Source: Spirochaetota bacterium
Lineage (GTDB): Bacteria > Spirochaetota > Spirochaetia > Treponematales > UBA12059
Direction of reading: 5' to 3'
DNA: 60,865 bases
Assembly (NCBI GenBank): GCA_020048755.1
Contig: JAIFMD010000002.1
Coordinates: forward strand, 1 to 60,865
Part shown: positions 41,708 to 51,699 of the stretch, piece after piece
Layout of the letters: every line of letters begins with the position of its first letter
Numbering within the stretch: the first letter of the stretch is position 1
Position numbers and translations under genes: made by a program
Notes under the pieces: generated by a model
The model's input: the letters and a program-made list of their open reading frames with translations, nothing else
The model's database searches: none
What the model was told of the DNA's origin: nothing

Positions 41708-44035
41708 ATGAGCAACAACTATACCAGAGATCCACTCACCGATTTTTTGAACAACTCAGAATTTGCTCCATATATTGCGAGTATTAAGCATGTTTCAGCC
41801 GCGCCTGCCCGTTTTGCCCCTTTCCCGCCTCAACTTGACCCGCGTCTGAAGGCTGCGCTCAATGGACGTGGAATTGAATCCCTGTATGATCATCAGCGTG
41901 CTGCCTGGGATTATGCAACAACAGGCACTGATTTTGTCGTTGTTACTCCTACCGCGAGTGGAAAAACGCTGTGCTACAACCTACCGGTCGTGCAGGCGCT
42001 GCTTGCAGATCCTGACGCCAGGGCTCTTTACTTGTTTCCCACCAAGGCATTGTCACAGGATCAGCAGGCAGAGCTCAACGCACTGATAGAAGCCGGAATC
42101 CTGCCTGTCAAAGCGGCGACCTATGACGGAGACACCCCACAATCCACCAGGAAATCAGCCAGGGATTCGGGGCGTATTGTCATCAGCAACCCTGACATGC
42201 TCCATTCCGGGGTGCTTCCCAATCATGCCAAGTGGATCAAGTTTTTCGCAGGACTTCGCTACATTGTTGTAGACGAGATGCATTCGTACAGAGGCGTTTT
42301 TGGTAGTCATGTAGCCAATGTGTTCAGAAGGCTACTCAGAGTCGCTGCGTATTACGGTTCCTCTCCACGATTCATATTATGTTCTGCGACGATAGGCAAT
42401 CCCGCAGAATTGGCAGAAGCATTGATCGGCAGACCAGTGCAGGCCATCACAGAGAATGGTGCGCCTCGGGCTGAAAAAACCGTAGCATTCTATAATCCAC
42501 CTGTTGTTGATCCCGTGCAGGGGATACGTAAAAGTTCCGCCGATGAGTCAATGGCCATCGCAGCCTCGTTCCTTGCTTCCGGAGTGCGAACCATTCTCTT
42601 TGCGCGCTCCAGGCTCAAAGTCGAGATTCTAGCCTCATACCTGAACGAGTACTTCAAGAATATCTTTACTGAAAACAGCCGCATCCGTGTAGAACCCTAC
42701 CGATCCGGACTCCTGCCCAATGAAAGAAGACAGATTGAGCGGGGACTCAGGGAGGGGAGCATTCATGGTGTCGTTTCAACCAATGCGCTTGAACTGGGTA
42801 TTGATATCGGGGGGCTGGATGCCGCGGTCATATCGGGCTGGCCAGGGAGCCTTGCCTCGTTCTGGCAACAGGCTGGCAGGGCAGGCCGGCGCAAGGGAGC
42901 ATCTATGGCGGTGTATGTAGCTACGAGTTCCCCGGTCGACCAGTACCTCATCGAGCATCCTGACCGTTTTTTTGGAACGACCGCAGAAAATGCCAGGATA
43001 GATGCTGATAATCCCTATATTTACGCAGACCACATCAAATGCGCGGCCTTTGAACTGCCATTCAGGGCAGGAGAATCATTCGGCCCTGAACCTGAGGCTG
43101 TGCTGAGCTTCCTGGAGGAAGAAGGTACTGTCCGGAATACCGGTGGACGCTGGTATTGGTCTGCTTCCGGTTACCCCGCAGAGAAGATTTCTCTCAGGTC
43201 AGCGACCGCTGATAATGTAGTCATCATAGACTCCACGGGTGGAAGGAATGAAGTAATCGGTGAGATGGATCGGCCGAGCGCAAAAGAACTCGTGTTTGAC
43301 GACGCTGTCTACATTCACCGTGGCATTCAGTTTATCGTTCTGAAGCTGGACATAGAGAACCGGCAATGTCTCGTAGAGGAACGCCAGACTAATTATTATA
43401 CTGACGCTATTGTAAAAACCGATATAAAGGTTCTGTCAGAGGATGAACGCTTTGGCACGGACCTGCTTCCTGTAGTAGTCGGTGATTTACTGGTACGTTC
43501 CAGCGCCGAGAAATTCAAAAAACTACGGTTTCATACCAATGAGAATATAGGATATGGAGAAATATACCTCCCTCCTGAAGAAATGCAGACCAGAACTCTC
43601 ACTATACTGTTTCCGGAACAAGCCCCATCAGGAGCACTGCTGCGAGCCTTGCCTGAGTTGGACCGCGCTGCCACCCTTGCTGCATTCTGCAGCCTCATTC
43701 GCGACCTGGCCCCTATAGAGCTACTCTGTGACCGGTCAGATCTGGGCGCAACATGGCGGATCAGGGACGACCATTTTTGCATGCCCGCCGTGTACGTATG
43801 GGACCGATATCCGGGCGGAACAGGCCTGGCAGAAGCACTTTCGCTTTCATTGGGCTCCGTGCTCATGATTGCGGCTGACCGGATATCTGCCTGTGATTGT
43901 GAAGATGGCTGCCCCTCGTGCATCGGAGTGGCCAATGAGGCGTTTGTGGCTGCGAAGCACCGCAAATCCGGTGCAGCATCACTTGTTCACGCCGCGATCA
44001 GAGGCCTTGCCTGGCATGGTGGAGAGGCGCTGTAA
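41708..44035 (+). CDS. DEAD/DEAH-box helicase with C-terminal DUF1998 zinc module (MrfA/YprA-like)
   Basis: TPTASGKT (Walker A), VVDEMH (DExH), QQAGRAGRR (motif VI), and the C-terminal CDCEDGCPSC four-Cys cluster. Confidence 0.9.
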   Translation: MSNNYTRDPLTDFLNNSEFAPYIASIKHVSAAPARFAPFPPQLDPRLKAALNGRGIESLYDHQRAAWDYATTGTDFVVVTPTASGKTLCYNLPVVQALLADPDARALYLFPTKALSQDQQAELNALIEAGILPVKAATYDGDTPQSTRKSARDSGRIVISNPDMLHSGVLPNHAKWIKFFAGLRYIVVDEMHSYRGVFGSHVANVFRRLLRVAAYYGSSPRFILCSATIGNPAELAEALIGRPVQAITENGAPRAEKTVAFYNPPVVDPVQGIRKSSADESMAIAASFLASGVRTILFARSRLKVEILASYLNEYFKNIFTENSRIRVEPYRSGLLPNERRQIERGLREGSIHGVVSTNALELGIDIGGLDAAVISGWPGSLASFWQQAGRAGRRKGASMAVYVATSSPVDQYLIEHPDRFFGTTAENARIDADNPYIYADHIKCAAFELPFRAGESFGPEPEAVLSFLEEEGTVRNTGGRWYWSASGYPAEKISLRSATADNVVIIDSTGGRNEVIGEMDRPSAKELVFDDAVYIHRGIQFIVLKLDIENRQCLVEERQTNYYTDAIVKTDIKVLSEDERFGTDLLPVVVGDLLVRSSAEKFKKLRFHTNENIGYGEIYLPPEEMQTRTLTILFPEQAPSGALLRALPELDRAATLAAFCSLIRDLAPIELLCDRSDLGATWRIRDDHFCMPAVYVWDRYPGGTGLAEALSLSLGSVLMIAADRISACDCEDGCPSCIGVANEAFVAAKHRKSGAASLVHAAIRGLAWHGGEAL

Positions 44036-44038
44036 CAC

Positions 44039-45190
44039 GTGGCTGGCAACCTGCGCGCCAGATTATCGCGCATCCGCGGAAATGCTGGAAACACGTTTGA
44101 AAAAGCAAAGGATTCTGGCCTTGTCCACCAAAAGCAACGGGATGTTTTTCCTGAGGGCTGGACAATTCTGCAGGCAGGCCTCAGATGCAGAAACACATGT
44201 TCACGCATCGACCATCGCGACTCTGCAACCCGACTATGTTTGAACCTTTTCTCGGGACGTATTGGTTCGCTTGATGTTGCCTTGCGGGACATTGTTTTTT
44301 TTGACCTCGAAACAACAGGATTGTCAGGTGGATCAGGAACAGTAGCGTTTCTTGCGGCATTTGGTAGGTATGAGGATGACGGCACCATATCAGTCCGGCA
44401 GTATTTCATTGATGATTACCCGTCAGAACCAGATTTCCTGCAATGCCTGGAAGAAGAATTTGCCCGGGCCGGGACTGTGGTCACGTATAATGGATCCACG
44501 TTTGATATGCCCCTGTACTCTGTCCGGCGCACGATGAACGGGCTTGGGCCTCCTGCGGCAGTAATACATGTGGACGCACTGCACGCTGCGAGGAGACTGT
44601 GGCACCGTACCATCGGCGATTGTTCGCTGGGCAAGCTTGAGGCTGAATTTCTGGGTGTCGTACGCGAAGATGACATTCCTGGTTCAGAAGTTCCTGACGT
44701 CTGGTTTGACTACCTGAAGCATGGCAGCACCGAGCGGCTCGCCCGGGTATTCTCGCACAACGAACTTGACGTCCGCTCCCTTGCAACCTTGTTCCTGCTG
44801 ATCCACGACGCGGTCACGGGGGCTTCTGCCTGCAGAAGTGACCCTGTTGGTCTGGCTGTGCTTCAAGCCCGCATAGATGAAGGCATGGCAGAAAAGACGC
44901 TTTGCGCTGCGTTGAACTCTGGTGATGTCAGGGCTACCAGGCCTCTTATGAAAATATATGCCCGACAAGGGCGTCCGGATTATCGGTTGGCACTCATACC
45001 GAAACTGCCGGATGACCCGGCTGGGCTATTCTCAAAATCGGTCTATGCGGAGAGGATACTGGGTAACCTTGAGGAATCATTGCGCCTGGTGTACCGGGCT
45101 TCAGTGATGGCAAAAGGCATTCTGCGGGAAAAGGCACTTCGACGTGAACAGCGGCTTGCCCAGAAATTAGCCGGGTTGCAGGACCACTAA
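44039..45190 (+). CDS. RNase-H-fold DEDD-type exonuclease (MrfB/YprB-like)
   Basis: IVFFDLETTGL and VTYNGSTFDMP motifs. GTG start 3 nt after the helicase stop. Confidence 0.8.
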   Translation: MAGNLRARLSRIRGNAGNTFEKAKDSGLVHQKQRDVFPEGWTILQAGLRCRNTCSRIDHRDSATRLCLNLFSGRIGSLDVALRDIVFFDLETTGLSGGSGTVAFLAAFGRYEDDGTISVRQYFIDDYPSEPDFLQCLEEEFARAGTVVTYNGSTFDMPLYSVRRTMNGLGPPAAVIHVDALHAARRLWHRTIGDCSLGKLEAEFLGVVREDDIPGSEVPDVWFDYLKHGSTERLARVFSHNELDVRSLATLFLLIHDAVTGASACRSDPVGLAVLQARIDEGMAEKTLCAALNSGDVRATRPLMKIYARQGRPDYRLALIPKLPDDPAGLFSKSVYAERILGNLEESLRLVYRASVMAKGILREKALRREQRLAQKLAGLQDH

Positions 45191-46248
45191 TCATCCTCGG
45201 GCAACATGGCAATTTCAGCACCAAGAGTGTCTCCGAGCTGGCCACAAGCGCCTGATACGCCTCGTCCTCTCCGTGCCCTCCGAATGGCATTGATACCGCG
45301 GCGGACAAGTTCAGCTTCAAAAGCCGCGGCTTCTCCACGTTCTGGTTCACGGTAAGGGAGCCCCGGAACAGGATTCCAGGGAATGACGTTTACCTGGACG
45401 TTGAGCGGATGAATCCAGTCTGCCATGGCCGAGGCGCTGGCGACGCTGGAATTCTCGCCCCCCATGATGGCAGCCTCGAGGGTTATCCTGTCTCCGGTTT
45501 TCTGCTGGTAGTAGAGCAGGGCATCTTTAAGTGCGGCCAGGTTCCAGGACCGGTTTACAGGCATCAGAGCGCTTCTGAGGACATCGGTAGCTGCCGTCAG
45601 GGATACTGCAAGCCTGACATGCGGGCCGTTGTCTGCAAGATCGCGGATTGCCGGTGCAATGCCGCAGGTAGAGATGGTTATCTTGCGCCGGGAAATCGCA
45701 AAACCGTCCGGATGCGTAAATATCGTTATGGCTTTTCTGAGTGCTTCGAGGTTGACCAGTGGTTCGCCCATGCCCATGAATACGATGTTGGATGGCCTGC
45801 CGCGGAGGGCTGCGAGATGCAGGTATTGTTCTACCATTTCATCCGGGCCCAGGTTGCGCAGAAACCCGAGTGTGCCGGTCTTGCAGAAGGCACAGGCCAT
45901 CGGACAGCCCACCTGTGTGGAGAGGCACGCGGTAAGTCGGCCTTCGGCATCGGAGAGCAGGACTGACTCGATGGCCGCGCCATCAGCAAGCTTTATCTTG
46001 AGCTTGACTGAACCGTCATCAGAGGATATCGAAGCGTCAACGGTAGAAGAATACAGGTCATTGATCGCGAGCCGTTCCCGATCTGCAACTGGCAGGTCAG
46101 TCATGTCTGAGAAGGTGGCTGCGCCGCTCGCTATCCAGCGGAACACCTGCCTGCCACGGAAGGACGGACGTAACGACAGGGCTACATTCAGTTCTTCCGG
46201 TAGCAATCCAGCGGCGGCAACCCTGCGTCCAGTCGTTTCGTCGTTCAC
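45187..46248 (-). CDS. rlmN: 23S rRNA/tRNA (adenine-C2)-methyltransferase RlmN (radical SAM)
   Basis: GCPMACAFCKTG (CxxxCxxC), MGMGEPL, and a C-terminal conserved Cys (GACGQL). Confidence 0.93.
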   Translation of the reverse strand: MNDETTGRRVAAAGLLPEELNVALSLRPSFRGRQVFRWIASGAATFSDMTDLPVADRERLAINDLYSSTVDASISSDDGSVKLKIKLADGAAIESVLLSDAEGRLTACLSTQVGCPMACAFCKTGTLGFLRNLGPDEMVEQYLHLAALRGRPSNIVFMGMGEPLVNLEALRKAITIFTHPDGFAISRRKITISTCGIAPAIRDLADNGPHVRLAVSLTAATDVLRSALMPVNRSWNLAALKDALLYYQQKTGDRITLEAAIMGGENSSVASASAMADWIHPLNVQVNVIPWNPVPGLPYREPERGEAAAFEAELVRRGINAIRRARRGRGVSGACGQLGDTLGAEIAMLPEDD

Positions 46249-47390
46249 TGATTCTGTATCTTGTTCATCAATTCCTGAATATGCGGGTTCCGTATACCGA
46301 GCTTCATGAAATCCTGCAGCGTCTCTTCTGCTTTCCGTCGTTCACCGGTAGCCAGATAGCACTGTGCCAATTCAAGGTGCAGGCGGTAATTCTTGGCATC
46401 GTTTTGAACGAGTCGCTTGAGCGACTCTATGGCAGCTTGCACCTTTCCCTGCATCCGGGAGATCGTAGCAAGACCAAGTACAGCGTACACGTCGAATTCG
46501 ATGTTCAAGGCCCGTTCGTAGTACTCAGCCGCTTCTTCGAATCGATCCATGCTGCGATAGGCATCACCTGCGCGAGTCAGGATGACCTTGTTTCGGGGAT
46601 CCTTGTCCAGGATATGATTCCAGTAATCAAGCGAGCGCTGCGGTTCACCTATGCCGCGATAGCAATCAGCAAGTCCAAAAAGTGCATAGAAGTTATCGGC
46701 TTCCTTGAGCAGGGCTTTCTCGAAATAGGGAACACCAAGGTCAAATTGCTTTAACTTGCGGTAACAGTTGCCAATAGAGGTAAGCACCCTTATATCGACA
46801 AGATCACCCTGGGCATCAACCATACGCTGCCAGTAATGGAGTGCGTCACGATATTCCTTGAAGTCATAGTGCAAGTGTCCCAAGCCTATAAGGGCATAAG
46901 GATTGTCGAATTCCATCTCGAGGACTCGGAGGTATATTGCCTTTGACTTTCTGAAATCACGTACTTTCCTGTACGCATCCGCGATCCTGGTAAGCACCGT
47001 AATATTCTTGTTGTCATGGAGCAGGTACTGTTCCCATATCTCTATGGCCTTCTGGTACTGATTGAGAGCCTTGTAGCAGTCAGCGAGACCGAAGAGCGCA
47101 TAATTGTTGCCTGGATGGTAAATCAGGCATTTCTTGTAAAAATCGACTGCGTCACGGTGTGCAGCCCTTTTTCGGGCGGCATCACCAAGCCCGACGAGGG
47201 CGTAATTGTTTTCAGGGTCATTCTCAAGGATTTTTTTAAAATTCCGCTCGGCGTCACCGACACGGTTTTCCTTGAGGAATTGATACCCTTTCTTGGAGAG
47301 TTCAGCGATCTCCATGAGTTCATCGTTCTCCTGGGTGCTGCTTGCCTCATCGAACTCGTGTGCGTCGTCCTGGCTGGTATTATCACTCAT
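46245..47390 (-). CDS. TPR-repeat protein
   Basis: Nine or more 34-aa repeats carry the A..Y..AL....P.N..AL.GLG pattern. ATGA-type overlaps on both sides. Confidence 0.85.
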   Translation of the reverse strand: MSDNTSQDDAHEFDEASSTQENDELMEIAELSKKGYQFLKENRVGDAERNFKKILENDPENNYALVGLGDAARKRAAHRDAVDFYKKCLIYHPGNNYALFGLADCYKALNQYQKAIEIWEQYLLHDNKNITVLTRIADAYRKVRDFRKSKAIYLRVLEMEFDNPYALIGLGHLHYDFKEYRDALHYWQRMVDAQGDLVDIRVLTSIGNCYRKLKQFDLGVPYFEKALLKEADNFYALFGLADCYRGIGEPQRSLDYWNHILDKDPRNKVILTRAGDAYRSMDRFEEAAEYYERALNIEFDVYAVLGLATISRMQGKVQAAIESLKRLVQNDAKNYRLHLELAQCYLATGERRKAEETLQDFMKLGIRNPHIQELMNKIQNQ

Positions 47391-47779
47391 TCTTTTTCCT
47401 TCTCGGTTAGCATTTTACGTATAGCCTGCGCAGCGCGTTCCACAAGTTCTGCGCTTCTCTTCTGGTCGTGTGACAATTTGAACATCTTGAGCGCATCAAC
47501 AGGTTGTCCGGCACTCAGATAAGATTCTCCGACTCGCATAAGCCCATCAGAATATCCTGTCGTCTGGAATATGCGCCGCGCAGTTTCAATATCACCCTTA
47601 TTGAAGATGGCATTTCCTCTACGATTCAGCTGTGCTTTCTGTTCAGACGATAAATCCCCATTAGGCTCGTCAACTGTCTTGATGAGGCCGTCATCAGGGA
47701 AATTCTGGAATATCGTCTGGTCCATCTGGACTCCGTCCTCGGCGCAATGCCCGCTATATTTTACTGTATCAGCAATCAA
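47387..47779 (-). CDS. Small hypothetical protein (TPR-like C-terminal half)
   Basis: 130-aa ORF overlapping the downstream TPR gene start. Confidence 0.5.
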   Translation of the reverse strand: MIADTVKYSGHCAEDGVQMDQTIFQNFPDDGLIKTVDEPNGDLSSEQKAQLNRRGNAIFNKGDIETARRIFQTTGYSDGLMRVGESYLSAGQPVDALKMFKLSHDQKRSAELVERAAQAIRKMLTEKEKE

Positions 47780-47928
47780 TATAAATGACTTTTTTCAAAT
47801 AATCAATTCAAAGCATTCAAACGGAATCTGAGGGAAAAGCATTTTAGCGTGATATAGTAATATTGGATATATAGAATAACAAGCTAATCGGGGTCAACCA
47901 CGCGGTTACTTCGATATGGGAGAGTTCC

Positions 47929-48096
47929 ATGCACAACCATGAACTCATGCTGGAACCAGTCGACCTGTTGAATCAGGATGAGCTTGAGTCGAACTGGGTT
48001 TCAAATGAATTGGATGCCTCCTCGTTACCGTCGGATACCCGTACTGATTCCCTTGATTTCCGGTTGATCAAATTGATACAGGCTCTTGATAGGTGA
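47929..48096 (+). CDS. Candidate 55-aa acidic small protein (below the ORF-track cutoff)
   Basis: GGGAGAG precedes ATG 47929. Product: MHNHELMLEPVDLLNQDELESNWVSNELDASSLPSDTRTDSLDFRLIKLIQALDR*. Overlaps the convergent rsmD end by 29 nt. Confidence 0.25.
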   Translation: MHNHELMLEPVDLLNQDELESNWVSNELDASSLPSDTRTDSLDFRLIKLIQALDR

Positions 48097-48661
48097 TGCC
48101 GGGCCCTTGGTCTTGTGCCCTCGTAAAAAAGCGGACAATCGATCTTCCGTATGTACGTTCATCTGTCATTACAAGCGATCCTTGCGAGGGTGGAAGCCGT
48201 TCTTCCGACGGGTAATGTATAAGCAACACTCCACCTGGTTCTACCAGTCCTTTCTCTGCGATGGACCTCACGAGATCGGCCTTGTGGGCATAGGGGAAGG
48301 GTGGATCACAGAATACGACTGAATAGGTTCTTTCACAGCGGAGAACGAAGCGTTCCACTGGTACGCAGTGGCAGTCGATGCGTTCTGGTGCAATGGAAAC
48401 ATTCTGGATCAGTAGGCCAAGTTTGGCCCGGTCGCGTTCAACACAGGCAACAGGTGAAGCTCCGCGGCTGGCTGCTTCCAGAGCTATGATGCCGGAGCCA
48501 GAAAACAAGTCAAGAAATGACCTTCCAGCGAGAGGACCGAGTATCGAGAACAATGATTCCCGCATCCTGTCCATTGCGGGGCGTATCTCGAAATCTCCCT
48601 TGGGAACCTCGATACGACGCCCTTTGAGGATGCCGCCGGTTATGCGTAATCCGCCACCCAT
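48068..48661 (-). CDS. rsmD: 16S rRNA (guanine966-N2)-methyltransferase RsmD
   Basis: LRITGGILKGRRI, RPAMDRMRESLFS, FLDLFSGSGIIALEAASRGA, and DPPF. Confidence 0.9.
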   Translation of the reverse strand: MGGGLRITGGILKGRRIEVPKGDFEIRPAMDRMRESLFSILGPLAGRSFLDLFSGSGIIALEAASRGASPVACVERDRAKLGLLIQNVSIAPERIDCHCVPVERFVLRCERTYSVVFCDPPFPYAHKADLVRSIAEKGLVEPGGVLLIHYPSEERLPPSQGSLVMTDERTYGRSIVRFFTRAQDQGPGITYQEPVSI

Positions 48662-48663
48662 AC

Positions 48664-49122
48664 TCAGCCTTGCCTGTCGCGGAATTCACGCTGGATATCC
48701 CTCATGACATCACGTTCTTTGATGGATTCACGTTTGTCTGAATATTTCTTGCCCCTGCAAAGCCCCAGTTCAACCTTGACACGGCCTTTCCTGAAGTGAA
48801 AATCCAGCGGAACCAGTGTATAACCCTTTTCGTTGACCCTCCGCTCCAGGCGCTTCAGTTCCTGGGCGTGGGCAAGAAGTTTTTTGGGGCGGTCAGGATC
48901 ATGGTTGAATATGGAACTGCATGTGTATTCTGCTATATGCACATTTTTTAGCCAGAGTGCACCTTTTTCGAATGCTGCATACCCATCAGGAAACGATACT
49001 TTGCCTATGCGCAGGGATTTCACCTCGGAACCGAGCAAGACGACACCACATTCAAGTGTCTCTTCTACGGTATAGTCGAAATGTGCGCGCCTGTTCAGCG
49101 CGATAATCTTGATTCCATCCAT
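48664..49122 (-). CDS. smpB: SsrA-binding protein SmpB
   Basis: IALNRRAHFDYTVEE..ECGVVLLGSEVKSLR. ATG 49122 shares one nt with the upstream TAA (TAATG). The track start at 49176 is over-extended. Confidence 0.93.
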   Translation of the reverse strand: MDGIKIIALNRRAHFDYTVEETLECGVVLLGSEVKSLRIGKVSFPDGYAAFEKGALWLKNVHIAEYTCSSIFNHDPDRPKKLLAHAQELKRLERRVNEKGYTLVPLDFHFRKGRVKVELGLCRGKKYSDKRESIKERDVMRDIQREFRDRQG

Positions 49123-50663
49123 TACTGTCTCGTTTCTGCGACGAGCGCTACTCTGAACCCAACATAAGCGGAGCAATCCGCTTGCTGTATCGGGCCGCGT
49201 GAATCAAGGTTGACGAGATCTGAACGATTGGCCCAGGAGCCGCCACGTACGACCGCTTCCGACGAGGAAAACCGTTCCCTGCCTGCCTGTCCACTGGCAG
49301 GATTTGGCGCGTACGAATCCGCACACCACTCCCATACATTGCCAAGCAGTCCTCTGAAGCCAGCAGAATCGGGTGGAAGTGAGTCGGGATTCAAAGGACC
49401 TGTGGCACCAAGGTCTGAAAAAAGAGCATGACGTCCTGCAGAAGCATTGCTCACGGCAGCGGCAAATGACCACTGTGCTTCGCTGGGCAACACAAAACGG
49501 TAGCCCGGAGGTGCGGTTTCAGTCAGCCAGTCACAATAAGCGATAGCCGCGGGTCTGGAAACATATGCAAGCACTTCTGTATCCTTGGCCTCCGCGAATC
49601 CCCTGAGGTAATCGCCTTCTGCGAGTCCTCTTGAGGCCAGTGTAGCGGTTGATGCTGGAGCCCATTCCGGGCGGGCCCTGATGAAGCGTGCAAAATCTCC
49701 TACTGTCGTCTCAGCGCTTGCCAGACGGAACGGTGCCACGAATACGACTGCGGAGAGAGCCGTTCCCGCCTTGATGATGGCGTTGCCGCCTTTCAGCGCT
49801 ATGAACTCCTGGCCTGAAACAATAGAGGTTTGCCCCACGCCGTCTGTTGCCGTTGCTTTCGTGCTGCTTGCACTGGCTATCATTGCTTTATACGCTGGCA
49901 TCGATTCAAGCCGGGTCCGGACAGGCGTGGGAAGCAGGTGTGCCGCGGTTGCCAGCAAAGCCGGATCATCGCGAAGCTCAAGCCCTAGTCCGGAGATGAT
50001 ACGTGCGAGCGATTGCGGAGTAAGGGCTGCGGAGCGTCCATAGGCTATCGATACTGCACGGACGACATCGCGGAAAGACTGCGCATGCAGGGAATAAGAG
50101 GCAGCAGCACCCGCCAGGCGCTCGGCATCTATGGTAGCGGGATCTATGGATGCAGCGCGTGCGGCATCCGACAGCACCAAGGGTATCTGATACGCTTCAC
50201 TGGGCGAGCCGGACAAAGCCCACGCTGCGAAGTGGCGGACTCCGTCTTCAAGTATGGAGGATTCCGGTGACTTTACGAGTGAAACGGATAGTTGCGCTTT
50301 GGGTTTGACAAGCAAGGTTCCAAAAAAATGCCCCGTGCTGGTCAATGACTGCGTGTGGTCGAGGAATCCCGGCCTGGTAACTGCGACAGCGTGCTCGCCC
50401 TTGCTGATGAATACTGAGCAGGGGGCGGATCCACGGTATGCTCCGTCTACGTACACGGCGGATCCTGGCGGATCAACGATAAAAGACCAGGTTGCACCTG
50501 GATTCCTGAGGCCGGGATATACTAAAAGAAGAAACGCAAGGGCAAGAATGGCGGCACTGTATATGACTGGCAGGTAGCGTCTGGGAGACACGCCAAAAAC
50601 TTGCTTCAGCCGCACCGAGGCCGAATCGATATCGTTCTGGGTTATCATCTTATCGTCGTTCAT
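49122..50663 (-). CDS. PEGA-domain plus formylglycine-generating-enzyme (SUMF1/FGE)-family protein
   Basis: One TM, then a PEGA-like segment (SAVYVDGAYRGSAPCSVFISKGEHAVAVTRPGF). C-terminal FGE motifs GNVWEWCADSY and RGGSW. The start is either ATG 50663 or GTG 50759; GTG has AAGGA 5 nt upstream but would overlap the divergent lepB. Confidence 0.8.
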   Translation of the reverse strand: MNDDKMITQNDIDSASVRLKQVFGVSPRRYLPVIYSAAILALAFLLLVYPGLRNPGATWSFIVDPPGSAVYVDGAYRGSAPCSVFISKGEHAVAVTRPGFLDHTQSLTSTGHFFGTLLVKPKAQLSVSLVKSPESSILEDGVRHFAAWALSGSPSEAYQIPLVLSDAARAASIDPATIDAERLAGAAASYSLHAQSFRDVVRAVSIAYGRSAALTPQSLARIISGLGLELRDDPALLATAAHLLPTPVRTRLESMPAYKAMIASASSTKATATDGVGQTSIVSGQEFIALKGGNAIIKAGTALSAVVFVAPFRLASAETTVGDFARFIRARPEWAPASTATLASRGLAEGDYLRGFAEAKDTEVLAYVSRPAAIAYCDWLTETAPPGYRFVLPSEAQWSFAAAVSNASAGRHALFSDLGATGPLNPDSLPPDSAGFRGLLGNVWEWCADSYAPNPASGQAGRERFSSSEAVVRGGSWANRSDLVNLDSRGPIQQADCSAYVGFRVALVAETRQ

Positions 50664-50728
50664 CGCAGGATTATAGAAGCCGGTGCCAAGGCTTGTCAAC
50701 GCGACCGAAAGATGGTAGTTTCGTTGCG

Positions 50729-51694
50729 ATGGATGCAAAAATTGACTTCGCCGGGTCACTGGAGTCCTTTACCGAACGCGTCCTGACGCGCCGCAAGAAA
50801 CGACGACTGACCCAGAAAATGAAACAACAGTCCAAGCACTGGATCCGGGATTGGGCAGAAGCCATCCTTTGGGCAGTATGCATGGTTCTGCTTATAAACC
50901 AGTATCTCTTCCAGATGTACCGGATACCCTCTGGATCTATGTCCGGGACACTTGAAATCGGCGACATGATTTTCGTCGACAAGCTTGTGTACGGGCCAGA
51001 ATTGCTGCCGGGGATGGCTAAAATTCCAGGATCCAGACAGGCCAAGCGCGGCGAGATCGTTGTTTTCGAGAACCCGGCCTATCTGTCCAAAGGACCACTG
51101 TTCACTATCCTTCAGCAATTCGTATATATGTCGACGCTGACGCTCGTTGACATCGATCTGGACGAGGCCGGACAGCCGCGCGTTCATTATCTCATCAAGC
51201 GGGCTGTAGCCACAGGCGGTGATACGGTCAGGGTCGTAGATGGTGAGGTCAGTTTCCTTTTCAGAGGAGCAGACGATTGGGTTGCAGAGCGTGACTACCA
51301 GAAACTCTCCGGTTTTACCTATCCGCTCAGGCGTATGGTTGAACCAGACGAGTATCCTGCCATCCATGCCGCAGGCCGGCAGGCAGCGTTGGTCGACATG
51401 GGGCTTGGCATGACTGAGGCACAGGCTCGATACAGCCCGTATGACGATCAGGCTTTCAATGCGGCACGGATGTCCGAGCTTTCTTCCGCATACCCCCACG
51501 ATGCCCGGATAGTTGCCGAAGATCGCAAAATACGTACCGGCTGGTTTATCCCGGAGGACCGGATCTTTGCGATGGGCGACAACAGGGATAATTCCAAAGA
51601 TGCCCGCTGGTTCGGAGCCGTTTCTCTAAAAAAGGTGCTCGGACACGCCCTGTTCGTATATTGGCCATTAAGGCGTATCGGGGGCATCGAGTAA
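50729..51694 (+). CDS. lepB: Signal peptidase I
   Basis: SGSMSGTL (catalytic Ser box), and GDNRDNSKDARWFG. The start is uncertain (TTG 50693, ATG 50729 or ATG 50819). Confidence 0.9.
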   Translation: MDAKIDFAGSLESFTERVLTRRKKRRLTQKMKQQSKHWIRDWAEAILWAVCMVLLINQYLFQMYRIPSGSMSGTLEIGDMIFVDKLVYGPELLPGMAKIPGSRQAKRGEIVVFENPAYLSKGPLFTILQQFVYMSTLTLVDIDLDEAGQPRVHYLIKRAVATGGDTVRVVDGEVSFLFRGADDWVAERDYQKLSGFTYPLRRMVEPDEYPAIHAAGRQAALVDMGLGMTEAQARYSPYDDQAFNAARMSELSSAYPHDARIVAEDRKIRTGWFIPEDRIFAMGDNRDNSKDARWFGAVSLKKVLGHALFVYWPLRRIGGIE

Positions 51695-51699
51695 CCAGG

